A DNA stretch of 60,669 bases, the filler included, from Globobulimina sp. (taxonomy: Eukaryota): the NCBI GenBank assembly GCA_003354225.1. It is 16 parts of 16 records of this genome, joined end to end, with 100 filler letters (N's around TTAATTAATTAA, not from the genome) between each part and the next. Parts side by side here need not be neighbours in the genome. Positions count along the whole stretch, not along the records: positions 22,804 to 26,501 come from PIVH01002245.1; positions 26,602 to 30,299 come from PIVH01002246.1; positions 30,400 to 34,097 come from PIVH01002247.1; positions 34,198 to 37,895 come from PIVH01002248.1; 12 more parts are not named here. One strand, 5' to 3'. The position numbers and the translations under genes were made by a program. Of this stretch, positions 24,792 through 36,126 are shown in pieces (within the stretch, counting starts at the first letter, position 1; every line of letters starts with the position of its first letter). Below the pieces are notes generated by a model. That model did no database searches. It had not been told where the DNA came from and worked only from the letters and a program-made list of their open reading frames with translations.

Positions 24792-25583
24792 TCATTGTTT
24801 TTTTTTCTTGTATCTTTTGTTATAAAATCTTCTAAACATATAAAATAGCCATGAAATATACACAAAATGATAAATACAACAAATGCGTTCATTTGATGTG
24901 ATACAGACCGGATATAACATGGTCACCACATAAATAATACAACAATGTCCAGCTAAAAATTGTATCATTTGCATCGTAGTAATTAAGCTTTTAAAAGGCA
25001 CTCTAATGCGTAACACAGATAATGCATAATACAAATACATAATTGAATGGACAAAAGCATTCGGCACAATAAATATGACCGAACCGACAGAGGAATCGAA
25101 ATGGAACCAGGCACAGCCGATCATTGCGCCGATATGATGATAGACTTGCAAGTTAATGGGACGCCTTCCTTTCAAAATCACAATGTAAGTATCAATCACT
25201 TCGTAATATTTGCTTAGCATAAATAAGTACGACCAATATCCATACGATGTGGTCTCATATGCGTCCTTAATACGACATGCTCCGTCATATAAACCATTAT
25301 TATAAAGCAATGAAAATAAAACACCAAAAGTGTTCACAAAACATAAAACTGAAAAGAAACATAACAGCATATTGTGGATAAATACAAATATGTTTAATAA
25401 CGATGGTTCAAATGATTGTTTTTTCGATTTGTTTGCTTTTTTTCTTAATAATAATGTTTCTTCCTGTTTGGATTTGGAGGGTTGGAAGATTTGAATGGAA
25501 ACCCAATACCCAATGGATACGATGATGGGTGGTATTAAATGGATTTCTCGTAAATGATCCACAAACGATGTCGCGGTGTCCAT
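24792..25583 (-). CDS. GNS1/SUR4 (ELO) fatty-acid elongase
   Basis: YLFMLSKYYEVIDT, LQVYHH, NAFVHSIMYLYY, TTMQMIQF, several TM helices, and a C-terminal KKKKQ consistent with ER retrieval. Confidence 0.95.
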   Translation of the reverse strand: MDTATSFVDHLREIHLIPPIIVSIGYWVSIQIFQPSKSKQEETLLLRKKANKSKKQSFEPSLLNIFVFIHNMLLCFFSVLCFVNTFGVLFSLLYNNGLYDGACRIKDAYETTSYGYWSYLFMLSKYYEVIDTYIVILKGRRPINLQVYHHIGAMIGCAWFHFDSSVGSVIFIVPNAFVHSIMYLYYALSVLRIRVPFKSLITTMQMIQFLAGHCCIIYVVTMLYPVCITSNERICCIYHFVYISWLFYMFRRFYNKRYKKKKQ

Positions 25584-25765
25584 TCTGAATGTAAATACAT
25601 TTATTCATTCCTTGTTTGTTTGTAGATAAAAATCCAAGTAAATACCTATTCGTCGAAGGTCGCACCAATGCTTTTTGCTGTTATTTACAGGGTTTTTTCT
25701 CTAGAATATATCCTTGCACTTACAGTGAAAATGTACTTTGGATTATGCACTTATTTTGGATTATG

Positions 25766-26423
25766 TCACCAAGGAAATTCTTTGCCATTATACAGATAAA
25801 AACCACCTGATTTCCTATTCGCATAATCATCAACAACGTTCAACATTGCACTGACACTTTCCGTTACAGTCAACCTGGCATTGTTACCGCCCATATCCGT
25901 TTGAACCCAACCTGGCGCTAAACACATTACATGAACTCCATGTGGCTTACCTTTCACTTTTATTTCTTGCATTGCCATATTTAATGCACATTTACTTATC
26001 CTGTAAGCAACTGATCCGCCACTTTCATTGTCGCCAATACTGGCAAATCCAGAGGACATTGCTATGATTTGTTTTCTTTTTGAACTGATAATATTCGGAA
26101 ATAATGCTTGTGCGATCAACACCGATCCAATGGCATTCACATTGATTACATTCAATAGATTTGTTTGATTTAAGCTCCCTAAACAATTTGTTATTTTTTT
26201 ACCACTATTTTCATCCAAATGGTTTTGCTCTCCTTTTATTCCGGCATTTAATATCAATATATCGATTGTAATATTTTTATATCTCTCTGCTAATTCATTT
26301 ATGTTTGTTTCATTGCTAACATCGAGTTTATCGATGCTCAATAAATGGTTATATTTCTTGTGAAGTTGTGACAGATGATGGGCTTTTTGGGGATTACGAC
26401 AACATGCTACAACTTTATATTTA
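25766..26423 (-). CDS. Short-chain dehydrogenase/reductase, CsgA/C-factor-like; N-terminal TGxxxGxG motif missing
   Basis: Frame extends upstream to KYKVVACCRNPQKA. Contains DILILNAG, VNAIG, catalytic YRISK and APGWVQTDMGG. Confidence 0.9.
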
Positions 26424-26854
26424 CGAACGCAGCGGGGCGTCTGTGCTTTCCATGGGGGAGGAGGAATTCATCAGGGGAGTCAGCTGTGGAGAAATTCGTC
26501 TNNNNNNNNNNNNNNNNNNNNNNNNNNNNNNNNNNNNNNNNNNNNTTAATTAATTAANNNNNNNNNNNNNNNNNNNNNNNNNNNNNNNNNNNNNNNNNNN
26601 NGTGTCTGTACACCAATCCATAAAATAAAAATCGGAAATCATACAACTGTGAATGGAATGTACAGGATGTGGTAACTAACAAACTATGATAATATGTCCG
26701 AAAAATCCGTAAATTTCAACAAAAAAACACTTTTTAAATGACACGAGCCTTTTTAATACATCCCATTGCTTGTTATGGTCAACATAAACAAATCGAGTAA
26801 TAAAAAATGTAGCAAAATAAAAAATATTTTTAGCTTGGTCGTTTCCTTGGTATA

Positions 26855-29420
26855 ATGTCAAATTCATCTGACCACTTTGGTTCATTATCATGGGATTTCT
26901 CTGGTTTTGCATTAACAAAACTATTATCCGCATCCAACGGTGCTGAATTTGTGTCGCAAATATTCACTGCCGGCGCGTTTAAATTCCAATGCAAAATCTA
27001 TCCAAACGGTCGGAAAAAGCAACAAAAAGGCTGTGTTATGTTATATTTCATTCTACAAACCTCACTCACTAAAAAAATCAACAAAATCACGGTGCGAGCT
27101 CGCTTATATTGCCCGCAAACATTATGTGACTGGAAACATATCCAACATTTAAAAAAAGACAATGCGGGAATTGGCTGGCATTGTAACAACATGTTACTAT
27201 CTGAAATACAAAACCATTCCCACTTAAAATTCATTTGTGAAATAACTGTCGTTCGCATTGAATACAAAAACAACCCAAATACATACCACAAAGCCACCAA
27301 AATGAACATATACACCAAACATGAATGGCAAATCCATAACAAACTATTCCAATCCTTCCAAACCGCTCATAACGGCAAATTTTACCATTCTACAGATTTC
27401 AACAACGGCTGTTGGTGCAGCAGCATTGCACCAAATGGGTCCACAGCAAAAGATATTGGAAACGTCAAATGTGGCTTACAGTTGTTGCAGTTACCTCCAT
27501 TCATCAGCAGAATCAAGGCGCATTTCAGTATAACAGCGCCAATGTTCAACATCAAATGCCGTGGCAAGAAAGAATTTAATTATAACTCCACATTTATTGC
27601 ATGGAGCGATGGTACTTTATTAACGCAGCATTTGTTGAGCATTGACAACAGCGCAAAAATAACATTTATTATCGAGCTTGTGGTGGCCAAAATATTTGAT
27701 GAATATAACAAAGAAATTGCCAAATCAGATTGGTTGAAATATGGCTTGGTGCGTAATACAAATAGCAACGATGAAATGGTGCAGATCGATGATGAAAAAT
27801 CTGATTTATCGGAGAAATGCAACTTTTTATCTCCATCTACCACGCAAATGAGCATATTGTCGCCGATCAATATCGCGACTCATAACAGCAATATGTCCAA
27901 TATGAGTTACATGGAAACGAAGGAGCTGAGGGAAGGCAACGAAGAGGAAGAGTATGAAGAGGAAGACTTGGAATTGCAAAGTGTGACTACAACCAAACAA
28001 CACTGCCATTCACGCTCATATTCGACGAAAATCTCTGCCAATTTCGAGCTGATTAATTCGCACAAAAATGCTATCTCAGAATTGTCAGAGAAGTTGGATG
28101 GAATTGAAATTTATAAGACTGAGGACGAGAAAAATATATTATTGATGGAGAAGTCTGTCATGAATTTGCAGAAAACGCAGAATCGAGCTCAACAGCAACA
28201 GTTTGAACAGAATGCAATGCTGAAACAGTGCATCAATGAGCTGTCGTTAACAATGCATCGGTTAACCAATGAAATCGTGTTTATTAAAAACAAAATGAAC
28301 CGCATCGAGAGCCGTGTGGATAGCCAACAGGTTCAAATTGAAAGTGTGCAGCATTCGAAATCAAGTCGAAGGAATTCAAACTGCTCCAATAAGTCCAATA
28401 AATCCTCGACTCGCAGCGATAGAAAGGCAGCGAAAAAGGTGAAAAGTACCGGCGCGAAGCGTAAAAGTTCGCGATCGATATCGAGAGACTATGCTATTTC
28501 TTCCGGGTTGGCGTCGTGGTTGAAACACGAATGTGGCTTCCCAGCGTATGTCCAGTTATTCGCAGAGAATGGATACGATTCATTCGAAATTGTAAAGGAA
28601 ATGACGCGCTTCGAGTTGGATGATATCGGCATTCATTTGAAAGGACATCAATTTAAAATCATGCGCGAGATTGAAAAGCTGCAAAGTACACAGAAACATC
28701 ACCGCGCCACCGGTGGTACTACGGGTATGTCGCTGTCACATTGAGTTTGAATGCGAACTGTTTGCAAACTGTGTATTTTTGTGTACTGTACATTTAGGTA
28801 TGAATCATTTGAAAATGATTAATTATTTGACACCGGTCGCGTCCCCGGCGGGCAGTGACAGTGCACGCGATGTGACTGAGTACAATGCGAGAAAACCATT
28901 GTTGTCACCGACCAATGAGGAGCATCAAAGTACATATTCGCACAGTAAATTGTTTCTACATAATTTAAATTCGAAAACGATTACGAATACGAATACAAAT
29001 ACAAATACGAATACAGTGACGGAATCATCACATAAAGCGTCGCAGTCTCATACTGGCAAACATATTAAGCAAATAACTCCAATGCATTTAACCTTTGGCT
29101 CAAAGACATTGAGTCCATCGCTTTCCACTTCATTGGCAACGTCGTATACCACCACACATTCGACTACGAATGGATATTTTCAGTGGAACCAAAATAAAAA
29201 ACCAGTGTTATTGGAGTCGCCAACAGATTTTAGTCGTACTAATCATAATAATCATAACTATCATAATCCGAAAGTATATGAATCGCGGTCCCTTAAAAAA
29301 GGATATCATAATCAAATATTGCCAATGCCGCAAATATCAGATATGTGGGAATGTAAATCGTGCCATAATAGTAATTTAGGGACGATTCAAAAATGCCAAT
29401 TTTGTGAGACTCAAAGATAA
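26855..29420 (+). CDS. 830-aa MATH-MATH/coiled-coil/SAM/RanBP2-zinc-finger protein; intron 28725-28797
   Basis: Two MATH-like units (SQIFTAGAFKFQCKIYPNG..VMLYF; STDFNNGCWCSSIAPNG..VKCGL), SAM (WLKHECGFPAYVQLFAENGYDS..LDDIGIHLKGHQFKIMREI), and WECKSCHNSN..KCQFC. The GTATGT..TAG intron joins the exons in frame. Confidence 0.85.
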
Positions 29421-29618
29421 ATTGATTAAATATGTTTTTTTTTGTATATTATCATTATTATATTTTGTATGCGCTCTATTTTTTTATTAGTCTTCTTTTT
29501 TTTATGTCTTGTTTTCATTGAAAAAGTGCATATTTTTTGGTTGTGTTTTTTTTTGTGAATTAATGTTGTTGATATCAAATATGAATATCTAAGTTTCTCG
29601 AAGTTTTTGACCACCAAC

Positions 29619-30086
29619 ATGTCGCTGGCGAATCGGAAAAAACAAGCTAAAATCAATTTTATTATTATAAAACATTGGTTTAGACTGAACAATGACAATT
29701 CGAATAGCATTTCCATTGATGATTTAATTAAAATTATGATACATTTGGCTCACCAAAATAAAAAATACCCACGAGCTGTTACACTGAGTGGTAAAGTATG
29801 GATAAGAATATATTCAAAACCTGAGGCGAAATATTTTTGGTCTCAATGTTCGTGTGAATATAAAGTTTGTTTATGTGATTCGACTTCATGGAATCCATGG
29901 TATGATAATGGATTAATTGCGCCATGGATTACATCAAAGGAAAAATGGACAAAATTTAAAGATGATAATGGTTGTTCTTATTATTATAATTACAGTAAAG
30001 CTCATTCAACCTATAAGAGACCAGAGGATTATAAATTAAATGATATTGATTATGATTCAATGGATGATGATCCTGATTTAAATTAA
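29619..30086 (+). CDS. Small WW-domain protein
   Basis: KWTKFKDDNGCSYYYNYSKAHSTYKRP, a WW pattern with the second W replaced by Y. Confidence 0.7.
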   Translation: MSLANRKKQAKINFIIIKHWFRLNNDNSNSISIDDLIKIMIHLAHQNKKYPRAVTLSGKVWIRIYSKPEAKYFWSQCSCEYKVCLCDSTSWNPWYDNGLIAPWITSKEKWTKFKDDNGCSYYYNYSKAHSTYKRPEDYKLNDIDYDSMDDDPDLN

Positions 30087-30399
30087 TCCGACGCTCTGTA
30101 CATTGTTTTGACTGAAAATTAGTTTCTATAATATAACGCATCGAAAAAACAATACGCACTTTTCAAGGTTTCAAGCATTAAATGCAATGTTCTATGTTTT
30201 TGCACAAATGCTCAGTTCATACTTCATATTGAACAGTTAGCTACGTTTCTTTTTTTTGGTTTTCTTTGTCTCAAAGTTTTTAACAATAGGAAGTATGGAN
30301 NNNNNNNNNNNNNNNNNNNNNNNNNNNNNNNNNNNNNNNNNNNTTAATTAATTAANNNNNNNNNNNNNNNNNNNNNNNNNNNNNNNNNNNNNNNNNNNN

Positions 30400-31007
30400 T
30401 CTTCATTTGGAAAGGAAACAATTTTTGATAAAATTTTCCTGAATAAATTGATCGCTTTCTCTCGTTTAACGCTTCCAATTCGAAATAATTCATCCAAATG
30501 TTCTTCTGTTTGGATATCCATTGCAATTAATTTTGTTGGTGATGGTATTTCTGTTATTTTTTCTATCATTTTTTTATGTGTGTCTTTTGTTTTGGTGGTG
30601 GTTGCATTTAGTTGTAAATTTTCGGTATTGTGTTGTTGATAATTTCTGCGATTAGTTTGTGTGTTGAGTCGGCGACGTTTGTTTGGTGGCTGTTTCAGTG
30701 TGGGATCATTGCACCAATCACTTGGTTCTGTGCATGTGATATGAGATGAACCACAACTCATTGTGCTATAACTTCGTTTCTTTGACATGGCAATGATTTT
30801 ATCTTTGAGAGTATTGTCTGCTTTTAATTTAGTGACCTTTTGTAACAATATATATACCATTTTCATTTTCAATTAATTTTATTTATTTTGGTTTTTTATA
30901 ACTTGATTTGTAAGTTTCTCAATCTCTTCTTTTAATTCCTTATGGATTCGTTTTGCATTCGCTGCAATTTGCGCCGCTATTGGTTGCCAAGTATCAGTGG
31001 TTGCCAT
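30400..31007 (-). CDS. Coiled-coil protein with probable PUB domain; intron 30837-30902; 3' truncated
   Basis: The GTTATA..AAG intron joins MATTDTWQ..LTNQ to VTKLKADN in frame. It ends in AINLFRKILSKIVSFPNE, resembling the start of a PUB domain. Confidence 0.65.
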
Positions 31008-31130
31008 GATGTTTTTTTTAGGAGTTTAAAAATTGTTAAATTAAGGGAAATATATTCAGATAGATAACCCCAACAAACGACGTCAAAATAGCTATATACA
31101 AATTATACAATTATACAAACACAAAATGAA

Positions 31131-34097
31131 CTATTGTCTGTCGAGTAAATCTATCAACTTTTTCTCGTTAGTATCTGTTACACTGTATTCTCGATCATAT
31201 TGTTGATGTAATTCAGTTAGTTCATCAACGGTTAATTCTCTTCTTTCATCTCTTTTTGTGACACATTTTTCTAATGTTGCTGGAAAACACAATAATATCG
31301 CAATCGGCGGCAATACAACAACCAAAAACACATAAAAACTCCAAAAGTCCAACGAAACTTGAAATGCCGTGTACAAATCATCCAATTTAAAATTCCTAAA
31401 ACAACACGGACAAAAATATAAACCAATACTCTGTTTTATTAGTACCACTTTGTCTGTTGGCTCGATTTCAACTTTGTAACTTTTCTTCAACACATTCATA
31501 TAATAATGAATCGACGTTTTATCTCTATCCGTAATGCAACAATAACAATATCTGCAAAATCGGTGTTGGAACATCCACCACCATCGATTCCCACTATTCT
31601 TTAAACATTCAAACTCGTAACTTTTATTATTCAGTGGTGTTCTCTCTCGAATTGTCTTTCCAATCATACTCTGCTTTGCAAACAGTTTGTATCGAAAAGG
31701 ATTCCCCAGAGATATATAAGCGTACGGGTTCCATTTGGCTGACAACAATGTTGGAATAAACACAAAACAGGTTATAAAAAATGCTGCCAACACAAACACG
31801 ATTAAATTGAGAGGCGGCGCCATGAATCGCCCTCTATGCAATAAATCGGACGCGTCCTGTGCTTTAACGTAAGCTCTTTCCGATTTGGATATTTCTTTTA
31901 CTTCGTCATAAGTGGTGGCCATCAAAGCTATCAACAAATTTAACAACAGCACGGCGCCAATAATGGTGAATAAAATGATTATGGCCTGCAATATACTCGA
32001 CCTTGCTTCGCCTATAACATGTCCGTCATTCACAGCAACGACTTCCCAGTCTTGCTGGCCGACCAATGTCTGGAACAAATATAAAGCCGTCGCACTCAAA
32101 CCATCCAACGGCTGACTAACATCAGAATCCGCATAGCCATCGGCCACAATCAGCCAAGTACCAAACAAAAAGCCCAAGAAGATTATGGTCAAAACAATGG
32201 CGAAATTAAAAACATCCATCACCATCAACTGCAGCATTCGCAGGAAGACGCCCAAATTCTTTGAGCCTTTGAATAAGGTCAATAAGCGAATGGATATTAA
32301 GACGCATTGCATGCACCACAGTATCATATAGATGATAGTTATGGGATCATCCGGACCCGAACAGGCAAACGGGACACAGCGAACGGCAAAGATTAAAATC
32401 CATAAAACGGAAATTAATAAATCAAACAAATTCAGATATCCATTCGTTCCAAATGCAAAGTATGTGGATGGTCCCGCATCTATAATCTCCTGTATTTCAT
32501 ATAAAATATAGGCTAAGTTGAAAACCCACATAATGCCCTCGTAGCAAGTAAAGGGATCATACGGATAAACCTGTAACGCCACAAAATATACAATGTATAT
32601 CACATAGAAGATGTATAATATGTTTGTGGTCCATTGCAATCCCATTGGAGTGAAATAAAACATTGCCGATGATTTGAATAATAACATTATTTCGTCAACA
32701 TAGTCATAATATTGATGCGTATGCAACGGGTTTAGAAATTCAACATCATGCCACATAAAATCAATAATCTCATTTAATTTCTCACTATTTACAAATTTAA
32801 TGCATCGATGCTCCAAAGCGGTCATAATTGTATCACGCTTTTTTTTATCCACAGAACATGGAATGGTTACAAGTAACGCCAAAGCAAATAAACTCTCAAT
32901 TTCAATCAACGAATCCGACGCTATTTCTTGCATTTCGTCACTTACTTCAATCCATTCACAATGTCGCGCCAAATCTATTTCTGCATTGTTGCGAAGATAG
33001 TTACTTAATATCAACGCAGTGCAGGCTTTAAAGGGTGACTGCGACAAAACATTCTTACAAATCCAATTAATTATTGGTGGCTCACCGTGTCTCAGCTCCT
33101 GTTGATATTGCTGCAATAAGTCAATACTCATTACAGTGGGTATCTCCTTTAATAATATACCAATCGCAATGTATAAACCTTGACGTTGCTTAAACTCCAA
33201 CTGACGGATCAAATGCTTCACCAACATAGCTCCATAATGCACCAAATCATAAAGTTGCAGCACATCATGTAACTCCCGATATATATCTCGGACAACAGCT
33301 CGATTGCAATGTGATGGGACTGGGACAGCTCTCGACAAACTGGTGCGGCTGAATGACAATGTTTTGTTATATCGCCACGATGTGATATCTTTCTGTGATT
33401 TGTATCGTCTCCGCCTTTCAATCTCATCCTTATCAATATAACTCTCCGCATGCACTGCGGCTTGGCAGTCATTCAAGAAAACCAAATTGAATTTACATTC
33501 CCTTTTATTAATATTTGCAATTGGTTCAACCATCGATAATTCAAATGGCTCTTCAGAATCAAATGGCACATTTTTGCGTGACAGCGCCTTGTCATTCTCT
33601 GGCGCCACAATATAATTTCTCAAAATATACGTTAAATATCGCAAACGATTCAATATATTATTACTGCGCATACAATACGCTTCAAACTGTTTATACGATG
33701 AACCCAAATATCTCTCATACTTATTGGACGAGTCTCCGCCGAGCTCATCCAAGTATTCTTTGGGACTGACACCAAACTTAAAGGCAAACTGTAACAGAAT
33801 CCTGTCGTGTTTAGCAGGCTTCCACCAATGCGGTGTCATCGTGAATGTATCTATAAATTCAATATAAAAATCCGGTAATTGATTATCGACATTCTGCACT
33901 CGTTTAATTTCCTGTTGAATGTCTTCTGCATTTCGGTATTGAGCGTTGAACACATCATCAGCAAAGGTGTCCGCATCACAACTCTCAACATAAAAATCGT
34001 CGATATCGTCACTTATCACTGCAACTAACAGATCCAGCCATCGCTTCCATATTTCTCTTAGTTTTGGGTGTTGCGGCATCAGTTTATAGGCAACATC
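31131..34097 (-). CDS. TRP-like cation channel; frame open to the contig edge, so probably 5' truncated
   Basis: Six-TM ion-transport region, LGVFLRMLQLMVMDVFNF (S4-S5), pore YLFQTLVGQ, LLLNLLIALMATTYDEV (S6), and TRP-box-like MAPPLNLI. Confidence 0.88.
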   Translation of the reverse strand, partial: DVAYKLMPQHPKLREIWKRWLDLLVAVISDDIDDFYVESCDADTFADDVFNAQYRNAEDIQQEIKRVQNVDNQLPDFYIEFIDTFTMTPHWWKPAKHDRILLQFAFKFGVSPKEYLDELGGDSSNKYERYLGSSYKQFEAYCMRSNNILNRLRYLTYILRNYIVAPENDKALSRKNVPFDSEEPFELSMVEPIANINKRECKFNLVFLNDCQAAVHAESYIDKDEIERRRRYKSQKDITSWRYNKTLSFSRTSLSRAVPVPSHCNRAVVRDIYRELHDVLQLYDLVHYGAMLVKHLIRQLEFKQRQGLYIAIGILLKEIPTVMSIDLLQQYQQELRHGEPPIINWICKNVLSQSPFKACTALILSNYLRNNAEIDLARHCEWIEVSDEMQEIASDSLIEIESLFALALLVTIPCSVDKKKRDTIMTALEHRCIKFVNSEKLNEIIDFMWHDVEFLNPLHTHQYYDYVDEIMLLFKSSAMFYFTPMGLQWTTNILYIFYVIYIVYFVALQVYPYDPFTCYEGIMWVFNLAYILYEIQEIIDAGPSTYFAFGTNGYLNLFDLLISVLWILIFAVRCVPFACSGPDDPITIIYMILWCMQCVLISIRLLTLFKGSKNLGVFLRMLQLMVMDVFNFAIVLTIIFLGFLFGTWLIVADGYADSDVSQPLDGLSATALYLFQTLVGQQDWEVVAVNDGHVIGEARSSILQAIIILFTIIGAVLLLNLLIALMATTYDEVKEISKSERAYVKAQDASDLLHRGRFMAPPLNLIVFVLAAFFITCFVFIPTLLSAKWNPYAYISLGNPFRYKLFAKQSMIGKTIRERTPLNNKSYEFECLKNSGNRWWWMFQHRFCRYCYCCITDRDKTSIHYYMNVLKKSYKVEIEPTDKVVLIKQSIGLYFCPCCFRNFKLDDLYTAFQVSLDFWSFYVFLVVVLPPIAILLCFPATLEKCVTKRDERRELTVDELTELHQQYDREYSVTDTNEKKLIDLLDRQ

Positions 34098-34197
34098 NNN
34101 NNNNNNNNNNNNNNNNNNNNNNNNNNNNNNNNNNNNNNNNNTTAATTAATTAANNNNNNNNNNNNNNNNNNNNNNNNNNNNNNNNNNNNNNNNNNNN

Positions 34198-34638
34198 ATA
34201 AAAGAAATGATTGAAAATCCGGAATTGATAAAACATTTTGCTTGTGACATAGCAGCAACATTACGCGAAATGAGAGAGCAACAACAAAGGGAGATTCTAC
34301 GAATTGCAAAGAGTAATCTTCACCAAAAAGACGGTATCAACTCGTCTGTTAAAAACAACTCTGAATTAAGAAACGAAGCCGACGAATTAACCGCAATGCA
34401 AAATAGTTTGCAAGAAAGGAAAGAACAAATACTTGGCAAATTTTCAACAGATAAAATCAACAACGCATTGGATAAAGAAACAAAGAAACTAAATAACGAA
34501 TGTCAAACAATTCAAGAGAAATTTGAGAGTGATGAGATTCCATTACCTATATTTGTCAAACAATTCATTCAAAATAGAGAACAGTATCATTTATTATGCA
34601 TCAAACAAGAAACATACAATAACTTTTATAGCAATTAA
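34198..34638 (+). CDS. VPS37: ESCRT-I subunit VPS37-like (Mod(r) domain), 5' truncated
   Basis: Coiled coil followed by FSTDKINNAL..ECQTIQEKFESDEIPLPIFVKQFIQNREQYHL..KQE. Confidence 0.75.
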   Translation: MKEMIENPELIKHFACDIAATLREMREQQQREILRIAKSNLHQKDGINSSVKNNSELRNEADELTAMQNSLQERKEQILGKFSTDKINNALDKETKKLNNECQTIQEKFESDEIPLPIFVKQFIQNREQYHLLCIKQETYNNFYSN

Positions 34639-34647
34639 TTGGTTAAA

Positions 34648-35922
34648 TTATTTATTTAACAATTTACTCATTTGTTGTATGCAATGCTTTACGACTGCAT
34701 TTGGTTTCGTATCGCCACAAATTATTGGTGTTTGTAGTAATGCAAAAACATTTGTGTCCAATTCATTGTCTTCGTTTTTTGATTGGATCTCTCCTTTTGA
34801 TTGTTTTTGTGCACTGTCTGATACATTTACAGGCCGTAACTCTAACACATTTTGATGTGTTGGATCATCAACAACACAAATAATACCACGCGGGACTACA
34901 ATGTCCCAATAAATTTGACCAAAATCGCATGGACGAGGTGGTTGTTGTAGCAATTCAGTGTCATCATCATCACTGATCGGAAAAAACACATCTTGATATC
35001 TTTCAATTTGTGAGTTCTTAGCAGAAGTTTTTCTATTTTTTATTGAAAACCAAATTTCGTTCAACAGCCCATTTGATTGAATGTCAATTCTAGACATTTT
35101 ATTATAATCTTTGATAGGTAGAATATTTTGAGAATCTTCAATAAGATTACTTTTCAGATTTAGATATTGCAATTCAGAGAAAAAAATCATATCATTTTGT
35201 TGGTTGTATATTGATTGATAATCGTCGATATCTGGAATTGTTTTAAATTGATTGTTTGATAAATCCAACTCTTTTAAGTTAGGCATATTTGCCAAGATAT
35301 TCCACGTGGCAATACCTTGAAGTTCGTTATTTGACAAATCGAATTTCGTCAAATTACTTAAACGAATAACTTGCGATGGGATGAGCATTAATGAATTATT
35401 GGATAAATTCAATGAAGTTAATGATTGGAATACGTTACATATATTTACAATTGATTCAGTTATCAATTCGTTGAAAGATAGGCTTAAATGTGTTAATTGT
35501 TTTGGAAATAATGCATTTTCAGCACAGTGAGATAAATCCGGAATTATTTCAATTCCGTTACAATTTAGTGACAAATGTTTTAGCTTTGGAAATAACAAAA
35601 TATCCGACAATATAATATTATTATCACTTAGGTCAATATAGTGGATATTTTTAAACTGTTTGAAATCGTCATTTACAACAACTGTAAAGCCAATACCTTC
35701 ACCATTTATTTCAGTGGCATTTTCTGGATATGTTCCATCATTCGCTAATTGTAATAATTGCCATGAATCGAGTATTTTATAGTTTTGCTCAATTGATGGT
35801 AGTTTGGGATATTTTCTTCGACAGACTGGCACAATGCGTTTTTGTTTTAATTTTTTTGTGCCTGGTATAGATGCTGCAGTTCTATAATATTTTGGATATT
35901 TTGCTTTCGGCGGACGAATCAT
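34648..35922 (-). CDS. Leucine-rich-repeat protein, XRRA1-like
   Basis: Repeated LxxLxLSxN units. N-terminal ILDSWQLL..P....INGEG...V..DDFKQFKNIHYIDLSDN resembles XRRA1. Confidence 0.85.
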   Translation of the reverse strand: MIRPPKAKYPKYYRTAASIPGTKKLKQKRIVPVCRRKYPKLPSIEQNYKILDSWQLLQLANDGTYPENATEINGEGIGFTVVVNDDFKQFKNIHYIDLSDNNIILSDILLFPKLKHLSLNCNGIEIIPDLSHCAENALFPKQLTHLSLSFNELITESIVNICNVFQSLTSLNLSNNSLMLIPSQVIRLSNLTKFDLSNNELQGIATWNILANMPNLKELDLSNNQFKTIPDIDDYQSIYNQQNDMIFFSELQYLNLKSNLIEDSQNILPIKDYNKMSRIDIQSNGLLNEIWFSIKNRKTSAKNSQIERYQDVFFPISDDDDTELLQQPPRPCDFGQIYWDIVVPRGIICVVDDPTHQNVLELRPVNVSDSAQKQSKGEIQSKNEDNELDTNVFALLQTPIICGDTKPNAVVKHCIQQMSKLLNK

Positions 35923-36126
35923 TTTGTAACTTTTAATAACAACTGTAATGAATTATTAGTACGTAGTTATTATGAGTGCTATCACTCATTTTTATGCATA
36001 TTATTAAGAATAATGAATCGTTATAAATCAAATGATATAATTATTTATAAATTAAGCTGACCATCCGATTTTGTAATGTTTTCCAAAAAAACAAAAACTT
36101 TAAAAAAAAACAAAATCTTAATTGCC

